64,000 nucleotides of DNA, taken from the NCBI GenBank assembly GCA_951406725.2, contig OX597814.1, positions 181,908,001 through 181,972,000 of the forward strand. Reading direction: 5' to 3'. Each line of letters starts with the position of its first letter. The stretch's first letter is position 1. Shown here one piece after another: positions 13,490-26,364 of this stretch. The translations under genes and the position numbers were made by a program. A model generated the notes under the pieces. The model worked only from the letters and a program-made list of their open reading frames with translations, ran no database searches and was not told the DNA's origin. The stretch is from Octopus vulgaris (Eukaryota).

Positions 13490-14392
13490 CATATGACTGC
13501 TGAGGACATGTGTAAGCTTGCAAGAAATGAAGCTAGTATGCTCCGCTGGATGTGTAATGTCAGTGTGCATACACAAGAGTGTAAGCACCCTGAGAGAAAA
13601 GTTGGACATAAGCATCAGATGTGGTGTGCAAGAGAGACTGTGCTGGTATGGTAATGTGTTGCATATGGATGGGGACAGATTTGTGAAAAAGTGTTACAGC
13701 CTAACAGTGGGGGGGGGGGGACCTGTGGAAGAGGTAAAATCAAGAAGACCTGGGATGTGGTTGTGAAGCATGACCTTCGAACATTGGGTCTCACTGAGGC
13801 AGTGACAAGTAACCAAGACCTTTGGAGATATGCTGTGCTTGAGAACACCTGGTAAGCCAAGTGAGACCATAACTGGCCTATGCCAGTGTAGCATTACCAG
13901 CCCATTTAAGTGTACCAATCAATCATTGGGCTATAAACTATGCTTGAGAAGACCTGTTGAGTCAAGTGAAATCATTGTCGTGGCCAATGCCAGTCCCATC
14001 AGACTGGCTCCTGTGCCAGTGGCATGTAAAATGCACCATTTGAGCATGGTCAATGTCAGTGCTGCCTGGCTGGTTCTGTTCAAGTAGCATGTAAAAAGCA
14101 CCATTTGAGTGTGGTCATTGCCTGTGCCACCTGACTGGCTCCCCTGCTGGTGGCATGTAAAAAGCACCATTCGAGCGTGGTTGATGCTAGTATTGCCTGA
14201 CTGCCCCTTTTGCTGGTGGCATGTAGCACCCACTACACTCTTGGAGTGGTTGGTGTTAGGAGGGGCATCCAGTTGTAGAAACCTTGCCAGATCAGATTGG
14301 AGCTTGGTGCAGCTTTTTGGCTTGCCAGTCCTCAGTCAAGCTATTCAACCCATGCCAGCATGGAAAGCAGATGTTAAATTATGATGATGATG
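13490..14392 (+). mobile_element. RTE LINE 3' end continuing into the family-B 3' repeat and (GAT)n tail
   Basis: EASMLRWMCNVS, LREKL.I..IRCGVQER, VVKHDLRTLGLTEA; then ~60-bp internal repeats and tail. Confidence 0.85.
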
Positions 14393-14941
14393 CTTTGAGT
14401 ATTGTTGAGGAAGGGTCTTATTTTGAATAAGGGAACATGATTTCCTTAATTTTCTTCACTGCATACTGGTGTAAGTTCAGAAACCTTGTTTGTGTCCATA
14501 ATACTGGAAAACATACTGGTCACCAAACAGTTCGTCCATGTTCCAGAAGTTTGTAGTTATGGTCAGCTTCTTAATGTCCATTATAATGTTTAAAATGCCC
14601 CAATTTCCTCAAGGCATGTGAGAAACTGTAAACTATTGCCCCCCTCCCCCTCTTTGTTTTATAATTCTGTGTTACATTTTGTTTCTGCAGTTACTGTTGG
14701 GAATTATTGAAGATCAAAAAATATAAAGGAATAGCCAATTGCTTGCAACTATTGGAAAGACTGTGATTGGGTCCTATCTCTTTTGAAAAAACTTAAAAGT
14801 ACTTTCTAAGTACTTACTTCATACTGTTTCTTGTAGCACTCATCACTTTCATTATCATTACAGAGCTATTGGAGTTACTGCTTTTGCAATTAGAAATTGA
14901 AATATCTGATTCTCCATTATGCACATTGTTATACTTATTGT

Positions 14942-14985
<44 letters not shown>

Positions 14986-16479
14986 AAAATCCTTCACTTC
15001 AAATTCTGAATCACTACTGGTGAATGTGAAACTGGTTTCCATTTTTTCAGTCATAAAAGACAAAAAGCATTTTGGGTGGTTTCAGGTGGGTTGATAATGA
15101 ATAGTTTCTATCAGCTTTTTTCTCTTCAGCTTAGCTTTTTGAATTCAAGATTAGGCAGAGACTCTGTTTTTTATTGCATAAAAAAAAGAGAGACCCATCA
15201 CAAAAATTTAAAATTAAAGTCAAAAGAATATTTCTGAAGTTTAAAGGTTATTTAGTATTTGATGCTTTATCTTTTAATAATCATAGGTGGCTTATTGTAT
15301 TTCAAAACTGTCATATTGAACTTATAAAATATGAAGGAATTATCTCGTTCAGTATCTTCAACAACTACCACCAATACTGCTAATTTCTCAGAATCTGAAA
15401 ATTGGGCTGGTGGGGGAAAATAATTCTAGGTTAGCCTTCCCTACATAGAATATCACAACATTAATTCGAGAATTGTAAATGAAGTAATGCAAATATGCAT
15501 CCTCTCATCCACTATTTTGTACTTAACACTTACTTGATCTTTTTACAAATCCTTACAACATTAGCACAGCCTCATATTACAATTGACATCACAGTTACCC
15601 TACCTTTTCTATAGTCATTACTACATAATGACTTCTAGACAGCATCAACCACATTCAAAGAGACTAGTAGCCTGTACAAAATCCACCTCTTCCAACATCA
15701 AATGTAACAAACTGCCACATGTATTCACCATACTGCTATCATCATCAGTAGCAAGCATCTACCTTTTCTATGTTTTCATGGAATAGGTGGGTCTTCCTTA
15801 GTATAGCTTTGTGATTATCATTTATTTCATAGTGTTCAACCCTTGAGGTCAGCTTTCACCCTTGGTCTTCTTCTTTTGCATGATCTTTCCACTTTAATTG
15901 CATGGAACTTAGAATTTGTTACAAGTATCAAATGTTAAGATCAATGTAGCATGCTACATGTGATACACCTTATACCTAATTTTTTTCCTTAGCTCAGTTG
16001 TAATCTGTTGTTCAAGCATGCTAATGTTATATAGCCAGCAATGAATGCTTGCTTCATTTTTTTTTCAGCCTTCACAATACCTCAATATGAAATGCCCATG
16101 TTTTACTCTTGCACAAAATCAAACATCATGCATAAGCATCATCCATGCAATCTACCCCTCACTTAGAGAGTGAGTCCTAAGTCCTGGGGTCAATTTGTTC
16201 AACTAAAAGCATTCAAGGCAGTGCTCCAGCATGGGCACAGTCAAATGACTGAAACAAATAAAAGAATAAAAGGATAGATATCAAACATTCAAACGTAACC
16301 ACTTCTTAGATATTATTGTCTTCTTTACTGCTAACTAAAATTTTGTCTTTACTTTGGGACCTTTCAATTTTAGGATTTGTTTCCACATTTGGAATTTCTT
16401 TTGTAATTCCTTGACAAAGAGCTGTCAGAATTAGGTCATTGGTATGCAGAAGTTGCTATGGACAGCTGTCTTAACATAA

Positions 16480-17650
16480 GGACTGGAAATCTATGATAAA
16501 CAGGAGGAAATTGAGAACAGCCCTGATGGACACCTTGCTTGTTAAATGCCTTGCTAAACTCATTATTAACTCACTTTGCTGACAGTATTTTTATACATAG
16601 CTTGAATAGCTTTTACACACTATTCATCTACACCTAGTTTTCTTAATGATAATGAGACTATACTGCATGGTATTCTGTAGTTGTATCACTGGGAAGAGGG
16701 TATTAATGATACTCACATTCAGACATTAACCCAAACTGCATCTCGTCTAAATTAATTCACTTTGTAGACATACTTGAATACTTTGTTTCTTTATGATGTG
16801 GTCCATCAATTAAAAACGTTTATAGTTACTCCTTTCTAGAGATTTTTGTTTGTTTTTGCTTATGTAGCAGTTGATGATGATACTACTATGGCACCCACTT
16901 AACAGCAAAATTCCTTCAGATAACATACTTACTGTCCTGCACTTAGGAAAAACATTGAATATTCAAGGCTTTGATCATAGACCTAATCAACTGGAGTAGA
17001 CCTGGTACAAATCAACAATAACCCTGATTGACTATGCAAGTGACAACTGCATGTCCTACTTTGCCAGACCGTTTCAGTACATTAGCAACTACTTCTGATA
17101 GTCTAATCCTTAATAGTACTTTCAGCTATATAACTGTCAACTTCAATAGCTAGTTCCTCTATTGAGTCTAGCTGGAACCATGCTCCATCCTCACAAATCT
17201 TGTCTATGGCTCATAGCAGATTGTCTTGTAGAAATCCCAGTTATTCTTTATGCTGTCATTATCATCATATGCAGGTACATCTTCTTAACACCAGCTAGTA
17301 TTTCTATGAGCCTATGTTTGGCTGGAGGGTCGTTCAGCTTCCATACTGTCCTTCCATACTCTAGTGTCTCAGAATATGGCTAGCTCTTGCCTTGAGGTTA
17401 TTGATCACTAGTCTATGTTAAATTGTCCCTCCTCCACGTAGGAAGGACTCACAACTGGTTACTGTCCTATTTCTTGAGTGTGAAATCTATCTGGTATACA
17501 TGTTCATCTGATTAGTAGATTTATACAGTGGCTGGTTGTTTGCCTGAAGTTATTGTTGTAATGGGTTAAGTCAATTGTGTCACTGAGCTGCAGAAGCCTT
17601 GATTCCTCCTCATTCTTCATTCTTCATACCATAGAGTCTCATATTTACTA
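16480..17650 (-). mobile_element. Highly degraded RTE LINE (endonuclease end and RT pieces)
   Basis: Minus strand: NEE..RLL, N.FR, QIDF.L near 17470-17630; SLRKLGVDE...AIQAMY near 16580-16660. Confidence 0.55.
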
Positions 17651-17809
17651 GAAATAATCATCATGGTGTCACTTAATGAGTCTGTTTGTTACATTAATAG
17701 CCAAAAGAGTTGTTTCACGCAAATGGCACCCATGCTGGTGGCACATAAAAGCACCCATTACACTCTCAGAGTTGTTGGCGTTAGGAAGGGCATCCAGTTG
17801 TAGAAATGT

Positions 17810-18175
17810 TATTATTATTATCATTATTTAGGTCACTGCCTGGAATCAAACTCGGAATCTTGGGGTTAGTAGCCCGCACTCTTAACCACTACGCATACGG
17901 TGTTATGGTTACCACTACGCCATAGGCTCATGGGCACATGGCATAGTGGTTAAGAGCGTGGTCCACTACCCCAAGATTCTGAGTTCGATTCCAAGCAGTG
18001 ACCTAAATAGTAATAATAATATCGAAAAATACCTTAGGAATGAGAACCCAGGTTCAAAATTTTCCCAAGACACCTGATGAAGGCTGGAGGGTACATCAGT
18101 TGTTGTGTTAACAGCAAACAAGATGAGGACAAATATCCATCAAATGTAAATAATTCCTCATCTCTTAAATATAAA
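17810..18175. mobile_element. Head-to-head pair of tRNA-like heads; the plus copy continues into a Penelope-like tail
   Basis: 17828-17894 is the reverse complement of ~17940-18005 (tagtggttaagag ... gagttcgattcc); CTGATGA at 18074. Confidence 0.7.
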
Positions 18176-18445
18176 ACAGAAAGGGATTTGTTTGATTTGT
18201 TCGGTAAGTGAAGTTTCTAGTACTGACTTGTTCTAGTTTCTATGTACCACAGTTTCATTTGCTAAAAAATAGGTACTACTTACCAAGCTTTTTTTTTGTA
18301 TATATGTTTCATTAATATTAAGTTTTTTGTGTTTGAAATCCATTATTTCTATGAAGTCTGTTGCAAAAATTATTATATGTATTAATGTTATGTAAGAATT
18401 TTTTAGTTACCTCTGATTATAGGGTCGGTTTCGTTTTATTTTCAG

Positions 18446-18990
18446 ATTCATCTGTGTCAGCACCTTTACAACCTGAAGAACCAGATAAGGATATTTCTAC
18501 ATCTGATAAAGATGATACAGAAATAAGTAAGGATGTATCTAATTCTGATGAAAAGGAAGAGGCTGATCTGGATAATGATAACGGCAAAGAAGTTGACAGC
18601 AATTCTGAAAGGCTTTCTAAATCACCATCTCCATTACAGTTTTCAAGAAACAATTCCAATGAAGATTTGTCGAGTGTTACTAAGTCTTGTGAAATTTCAG
18701 AAAGTTGGGAAAATAATGATAAAAAAAGATCTGCTGAGGAAACTGAAGATTGGACTGATGCAGAAATTGCCCCAGTAAAACGATCTCGTTTAGATGATGT
18801 AATTGGTAACTTAGGGTCACGGATTGGTATTAAATTAGATTCTATCCCATTTGATGATGAATTGGAAGAGTCTAGTAAAGACAGTGATTCTAGTGAAAAA
18901 CCCTCTGAAGATTCAGTAACAACAGATGAAGAAGAAGATCAAGAAAAAACATCAAATTCAGACCAAAAGTACATCAAGTTATCTGAAAAG
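18446..18990 (+). CDS. ATF7IP: ATF7IP coding exon 2 (acidic region, PVKRSR NLS-like motif)
   Basis: Acceptor ttttattttcag; phase 1 in (G+AT=Asp); donor AAG|gtagca, phase 0. Confidence 0.85.
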
Positions 18991-19329
18991 GTAGCATTCA
19001 TTCATTTTGGAAATATCTTTGTTCCTAGATTACTACTTCATTGTACTTTGAACTTAGATATTTTTGTCTCTCAATTCAAAGGAACATTTTTCAAATATCA
19101 TAGCCTTTAACTCTTTTGTTATTATATTTCTGTTGACACACACCTCATTTGTTTCAGTTAGTTTTCAGATAATGAAGGCATGAGTAAATTAACGTGTTAT
19201 TATTAAACTGGTGTTTGGAACATAAACATGAAATTTTGATGGAAGGTTAAAACAGTATGCTTACGTCATAGAGCTAGATGTGATCTTGGCAAGTTGGTAT
19301 TAAAATATTTAAATAAATCAAAATTGAAA

Positions 19330-19686
19330 TCGATCAACATCAATGGAAATTGTAGCTGTGATATCAGTGCCGGTGGCATGTAAGAGAACCATCCAAACGT
19401 TGCTGTTGCCAGTGCCGCCCCGACTGGCCTCTGTACCGGTGGCACATAAAAAGCACCATCTGATCGTGACCGTTTGCCAGCCTCGTCTGGCATCTGTGCC
19501 GGTGGCACGTAAAAAGCACCCACTACACTCTCGGAGTGGTTGGCATTAGGAAGGGCATCCAGCCATAGAAACATTGCCAAATCAGAGTGGGCCTGGTGCA
19601 GCCTTCTGGCTTTCCAGGCCCCAGTTGAACCGTCCAACCCATGCTAGCGTGGAAAGCGGACGCTAAACGATGATGATGATGATGAT
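19330..19686 (+). mobile_element. Family-B RTE-associated element, CpG-retaining (young) copy
   Basis: gtgccggtggcacgtaaaaagcacc repeats; ggaagggcatcc; ggaaagcggacgctaaac followed by (gat)n. Confidence 0.85.
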
Positions 19687-21072
19687 TTCTGGGTTAAAAG
19701 TGTCATAAGATTTCATTACCATTTCAGTGATATTTCATTATGAAAACACAAATTAAAAGAAAAAAAATCAAATAAAAAAATTAATGTAATGGTGTATTGA
19801 TTACAGTTTTAATGCTTCATATATATTGTCAACATCATCATCATTCAATGTCAGTTTTTCATGCTTGCATGGGTTGGACAGTTTGACAGGAGCTGGCAAG
19901 TCAGAGAGCAGCACCAGGCTCCAATTGTCTGTTTTGGCATGTGTGGCTTTCAAATCACATGTGGAGTGAGGCAATGTATAGTGTGTCAGTGTACCAACTA
20001 CCATGAAACTACCAACCTCAGCAGGTTTCTTCCATGGCTTGAACTACTTTGGTCATGTAATATATATGCTGCAAACTTGAACATATGCAAATTGTATTTG
20101 TTTTAAACCCCCCCCAATACCAGTATCAGTTTGAGAGGGGAGAAGTTATTTGAAGTAGAATTTTACAGCCAGATGCTTTGCTGGTTGCCAACCATTACCT
20201 GTTTTTCAATTAAGAGGTTTCTTTATTCCACAGGTCTTCAAAAACACAGAGTGATTGGTCATATTGAAATTGATAAATGTCAATATTAGCACCATTCCAC
20301 TCATACGGAGACTTGAAAAGCATCAAAGTTCATGTGCATACATATATGGTGGGCTTCCTGTGATTTCTGCCTGTTAATTTCCCTCACAAGGCATTGGTCA
20401 GTTCAAGGCTATTGTACAAAATGCTTACTTAAAGTGTCACACATTTGTGAACTTCATTACACAGCCATGCCCACACCTATGTTCTAATTGCTGTTTAATG
20501 ATTTTTTCCTTCTTATTGTTCAAAACACTTGCACAATGGAACTTCTACTTACCAAATTCATTCACAAAGCTTTGGCTGGCCCAAAACTACAGTAGAAGAC
20601 ACTTGCCCAATATACTATGCAGTGGAACTGAATCTGAAACCATGTGGTTGGCAAGTGAACTTCTTCCACATTGCCATACCTGCAACTCGCATGTTGCAAG
20701 GTTATACACATTTATTATTAAAATTTTTTTTACTATTAAATTACTCAGTACTACATTTTTCACTTCCAAGCTACATCTGACAACTACTTGTACTGATTCT
20801 GGTCTTGTAACTCAATTACATCTATGTTGTATTCAAAACATTGGTAAAATTTCCCACTAAAGAGCTTTCATACTTTTTAAATGTGATTTGTGTTGAGTAA
20901 TTCTCTCCTATGAGTATGAGGTACTGAAGACAGGAGGAGTATATTTGATTCATATTTAATTAAACTCAGTTCTTTTGAATATTTAAAATATACTTGCAGC
21001 AAATTATAGCTGTACTTTTGATATATTAATATATATTAATACTAAACTGGTTTTTTTTTTTTTTAATCCTAG

Positions 21073-21282
21073 GAATTAGCTGAGATTGTAAAAAGAGAAG
21101 TTATGAATATTTTAAACAGTAAAGAAACCACTTTAGAAAGTCTTCAAGTTAAAATTGATGAATTACAAGCTACAAATGAATATTGGAAAACACAAGCAAA
21201 GGAGTTACATAAAGAAGTTCTTGAACTTACTGTGTTGCAGCAAAAACAGGAAAAACGAAAAGCTGCTGCTATTGCTCTTAAG
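21073..21282 (+). CDS. ATF7IP: ATF7IP coding exon 3 (coiled coil, probable SETDB1-binding region)
   Basis: Poly-T tract plus cctag acceptor; ELAEIVKREVMNIL...LESLQVKIDELQATNEYWKTQAKELHKEVLEL with heptad pattern; donor AAG|gtaata; phase 0-0. Confidence 0.85.
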
Positions 21283-22122
21283 GTAATAAATATTGTATTT
21301 GTTTTTGCTTCACCTGTTGTTTAAAGTGTGTTTTTTTTTTTTTTTTTTAATTTTATCTTTTTTTTTTTTAATACTAAAAACATGATCTGAACATTTTTTG
21401 TTACTTTGGATTTTGTGCCTTTTAGCAAATATATACTTGGATATTCACAATTAGGAAGCAAACATTTCAGGAAGATTTAAGCTGTAAGAAATAATGTTCA
21501 TAGCTCTAATATGAATTTAAATACCTCTAGTGTCAATAATTATCAGTATATTGTTGTAGACACAGTTGAGCTTGTGATTTATATATATATATATATATAT
21601 TTTTTTTTGTTTCATTTTTTAAAATAATAGTCAGCAGGGGAAGGCAGTGCTCTTTTTTCTAGGGTCTCTGAAGGACTGGTAGGAGAAAAGGTGGAAGATA
21701 CCCTTAGATATGTGACCTGGCCCCTATGCTAGCAGCAAAGAACATTCATGGGCTATTTATTGGTGTGAAACCTAGCAGTGGATTAAGTCTACTATTCAAA
21801 AGCAGGAATGATCCCTCTGACAGACTCCACATAGTTTCTGTTTACCTATTTTCTTTCTGAAGGCATTGGTCAATCTAAGGCCTTGATAGTGATGCCATGC
21901 AATGGGATTGAACCTGAAACCATGTAGTAACTTAATCTTATGACCATGCCTATATATTTTTCTCACCTACAATATCATCTTTTTTCTTAATAAATAAATC
22001 TCATTCAATTTTAATAAAATAATTTAGAATATTTTATATTTTGTTAAAATGTTTTTGTTGTTATTTTTTCATGTTAAGGTTTTAGAATGTAATTATTAAT
22101 TATATGGATTTTTCTCTTTCAG

Positions 22123-22167
22123 GCAATTACAGCAAGACATGTTGCTGTTCAGGTTGATGAAGGAAAG
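22123..22167 (+). CDS. ATF7IP: ATF7IP coding exon 4 (45 nt, AITARHVAVQVDEGK)
   Basis: Acceptor tttctctttcag; donor AAG|gtaaaa; phase 0-0; not in the ORF track. Confidence 0.7.
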
Positions 22168-22379
22168 GTAAAATATAATACAGTTTTGCTTTGTTTTTTA
22201 ACTTGGCCCAGACTGTTGTTAGTACATATATTATCAGCCTATACACTTTAAAACAATTGGTACAATTAGGGACTACTTGAAAATTGATATGTTGAATTCA
22301 AAAGGAAGATCAATGCCGAATAACAAATTAAACCAATAAAACAAAGCAATTAAGCTAACAAGGATTCTTGTATCCTGTT

Positions 22380-22920
22380 ATCATCATCGTTTAACGTCCG
22401 CTTTCCATGCTAGCATGGGTTGGACGATTGACTGAGGGCTGGCAAACCAGTTGGCTGCACTAGACTTCAATCTTGATCTGGCAGAGTTTCTACAGCTGGA
22501 TGCCCTTTCTAATGCCAACCAGTCTGAGAGTGTAGTGGGTGCTTTTACGTGCCACCGGCATGGGGGCCAGTCAGGCGGTACTGGCAACGACCTCACTTGA
22601 ATCTTTTACACATGCCACCGGCACTGGTGCCAGTAAGGCGATGCTGGTAACAATCATGCTTGAATGGTGTCTTTTACGTGCCACCGGCACAGAGGCCAGA
22701 TAGCCGCTCTGGCAACGATCACGCTTGGATGGTGCTCTTAATACCCTACTAGCACTGGGCTCGAGTGCCAGTAAGGCGACGCTGGTAACGATCACACTTG
22801 AATGGTGCCTTTTAAGTACCACTGGCACAGAAGCCGGTAAGCCGCTCTGTCAATGATCACACTTGTATGGTGCTCTTTGCACCCTACTAGCACGGACGCC
22901 AGTCATCGATTTTGATTTTG
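22380..22920 (-). mobile_element. Family-B RTE-associated element with ~60-bp internal tandem repeats
   Basis: Reverse complement of the 19330-19686 family. Confidence 0.85.
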
Positions 22921-24044
22921 ATTTCCTCTTGATATTTTTTATTTATTGACAGCACAGTATCATGAGTTATAATTATGTGGTTTGTTAAAACTGATGAGAA
23001 TATAGAAATATGGTAGCACTGTCATAAATTAGTATAAATAAAAATAATATATCATGAGGACAATTAGCTAACTGGCTTTTTGAGACTTCTATAGATTTTT
23101 AATATTTTTAGACCCAAATACATTACTTTTTTGTTATTTGTGAAAATTATTAGGTCTTCCAAAGAAGTGATTAAGTAGAGCAACAGACAGGCTAAATAAA
23201 ACATTGTACTTTAGTTTTGTCTTTTATTCTTCCTGACGTATAAAATAATCATCAGTAAGACTATTGAATACAAATAAATTTAGCAGGTAATATTTTTCTA
23301 ATGAACTTAGAGTATTAATGTTGCTTAGCTGTGTTTTAGTCCTTTCCTCTCCTTTTTATATGCCTTTCAAAATGCCAATCGCTTGAATGTTATGGGGAGT
23401 AGTTGTTACTTTTATTAGCTGGGTAAATGTTTAAAGTAATCTTGAAGTTTTTATTTTGCAGTATTTTTAACTTGATTTAATATATAATATGGTCTTTAGT
23501 TAAAACCTTACACTGCCATTAGTACACCCATTGTAATTTGCTTTCCATTTACAAGGTTAATTATATACGCATACTTTCATATTGTAGGTTATACTATATT
23601 GTTTAATTCTTATAAGAGGGTGAATAATAATAATAAAGTGGCTGCTAAATGTAGATTGAGTGATGTTTAAGTTCAGTTTATTGTATCCATGTGATAGTAG
23701 GAAAGTGATATTAGTAGCTATTCTTATAACATTTTCCACAAAAGGGAAGAGAATAAAATAGCTGTTTCTGAACCAATCCTTAGTTTTTATGTAATCTAAA
23801 TAGATTTTTAACTCTAGTGTATTTATGATCATAATCATTATCACCACCAATATTATCATGTTTCATAAAAAATTAGTCATTTATACTTTATAATTCTAAT
23901 ATATTTTGGCTATATGATGGTGTCACGTTTTACACCTGTTGTGATCACGTCATTTAAAAAAAAATATTGCCGTCATCCCAATATCATACTTGTCATGTTT
24001 TACACTTATTGTGATCACATTTTTTTTTTTTATCCTTGTTGCAG

Positions 24045-24326
24045 ACTTCCCAAACTCCCAGTTCAACTAAAACAGTCAAAATAACCACACAAAAGAAATC
24101 CATTCAATCACCTTCCTCTTTATCATTTTCATCATCATCATCTTCATCACCCTCAGCCCCTGTGGCAGTTTCAGCAAATCTTGGCATATCTGAAAATTCA
24201 TCCTCTCATTGGTCTCGTGCAATCACCACTCAAGCTACTATACAGTCTAATTTGGTAGCTCAGCCTACAGTGACTTCAGGCTTACTGTCCAATAATTCTA
24301 CTCCCTTAGCAGTCTATAAGAAAAAG
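24045..24326 (+). CDS. ATF7IP: ATF7IP coding exon 5 (Ser/Thr-rich)
   Basis: Poly-T tract plus ttgcag acceptor; donor AAG|gtgaga; 282 nt, phase 0-0. Confidence 0.75.
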
Positions 24327-25563
24327 GTGAGAAAATATTAAACATGGAAGATATTTAGTTGTCTTCTTTCATATTCACAAATAATTCCATTTATGATTTT
24401 TTTTTTTTGGTAGTCATGAATTATGAACCCATAAAATTTGACTAATAATTTTTATACATAATGTTTATACTTTTACAAATGTTTTAAGTTGTTGATAGAT
24501 AAATTGTAGATTCTTGTATGGTCTTTCAATATAATTTTTTTAGGCTTACTAATATTGATAAATTTGTATAATCCTAAACATAATATAGATGCAGATATAG
24601 CATATTAATCGTGAATATTTGGATAAATCAATGTAGATGAAAAAAGTAACCTGAACATATAATTTTACATAATTACTATAATAATTATGAATTATTCAGT
24701 TTTTGCCCGTGTTAAAAATTCTTCACTACAATCCCTTTGGATTTCTAGAGTAGATATATTTCATATTTTGTATAACAATCTTCTAAGAATTAGTTTTGAT
24801 TGAATTTATATTTCTAAATTTAGCCTTGTATAATAAATCTAAAAAAATATTTTGTTCCTGAGATAAAATCTCTCAAGGTGTTACAGTTTCTGTATTTATT
24901 CATACTGATTTTTGTTTCAACCAAATATGTTTACTTTTTCTCTTTTACATGTGCTTCTCCTTTGTCATTTCAAACATTTTGATACCATGCATTTTCATAT
25001 TTGTGTTAGATACCTCATTTAGAACATAATATATTTTCATTATCTGGCACCATTTTTGTATTTGGATTGTCAAGTTGATTGAAATTTGAGACTTCATAAC
25101 ACAAATATAGAAACGTGTATTTTAATTCACATTAGTTAATATTTGGGGGCATTTTTACATTCACACAAGACAGATAAAGAGAGTAATGTGATGGTTGAAG
25201 TATATTTTTCCCTATTTTCATTTACTCTATATAAATGGCTCTAATGACATTAAGGTTGGGGCTATCAGTGATCTCTCTATATTATATAGTTTCCAGTAAC
25301 ATCATTTTATGCCAGCATCAGTTCTCCAAGATAAACTTGCTCTTTTTTCAGTTTTCTATACAAGATTTTTTCATAAGTTACTCAAGTGGGAAAAGACATT
25401 GTCATTCTTTTTATATCTGTATGATCAATATAGTTGTTTTGTTAAAACTTCTGTAGATTCAAACTACTGATATATTTTTAATTTACCAAATTGTTGTGCA
25501 ATTCATTTATTTTGCTGCTGAGAAACAAAATTTAATGAGGTAATTTAAATTTGTTATTTCCAG

Positions 25564-26364
25564 ATTCTGCCACCTAATAATAGTAACAATAACAATAATC
25601 AGTCAAAGAATGGACAAGTGAGCAGTCAGTTAACTCCACCAGTCACCAAATACCAGTCCACAACAGTTAAAAGCTTACTTGATGCGTCACGTAATCCAAA
25701 CCAAGTGTCTACGCCACAAACTTTGCTTTACCAATCTTCTGGTCTAATTGTTGTATCTCCTCCAACTGCAACTACAACAACAGCAGCAAATACTACTACT
25801 ACAACCCGGAGTATTCTTACTAAACCAGTTACAAGTCAGGCACCAACTGGAGGTGTAAAATTAATAGATTTAACAGGGGATGATGAAGCACCATTTAAAA
25901 ATCAAGCAAATGGAAAGAATGTTGTCCACACAGCTGCCATTGCACCCATGGGATCTGTGCGGTCAAACATTGTCTCCCAACAAGTTGTTCGTCAGGTAAC
26001 ACCAGTACAACAACCAAAAGTACCTTTTGGTACATCATTTCTTTTAAGTACACCTGCTGGGACTCAAATCATCAGCCCAACAGTAACACAAGGTGTAGGA
26101 CCAGCAAAACCTGGTGTATGCCAGTATGTTCTTACATCAACACCCAATATCCGGCCGGGTGCATTAGTTACAGTAGTACCTACTACAGGAACACAGAACT
26201 CTTCAGTGAGACCACCAATTGTATCAAGTACAGTTGCAAATGCAGGTTCTTTACCACAGTTACGGCCAGCTCAACAATCCACTACAGCATCCTCAGTTGA
26301 TCTAACAAAGGCGATACGGCCACCTCCACCACTTCAAAGTGCCCCAGTGCAACAAAACACACAG
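25564..26364 (+). CDS. ATF7IP: ATF7IP coding exon 6 (Thr/Pro/Gln-rich; VKLIDLTGDDE SUMO-interacting-motif-like)
   Basis: Acceptor tttccag; 801 nt open; donor CAG|gtaagc; IDLT plus acidic residues as in the ATF7IP SIM. Confidence 0.85.

Noticed and set aside
17932-18005. Functional tRNA gene
   Set aside because: Acceptor and anticodon stems pair poorly and it is attached to a repeat body; best read as a SINE head
22540-22900. ~60-bp periodic repeats that superficially resemble a CRISPR array (also near 14000-14230, 19370-19520, 56250-56460, 63050-63280)
   Set aside because: The whole unit repeats with divergence, there are no unique spacers or cas genes, and the context is a eukaryotic retroelement
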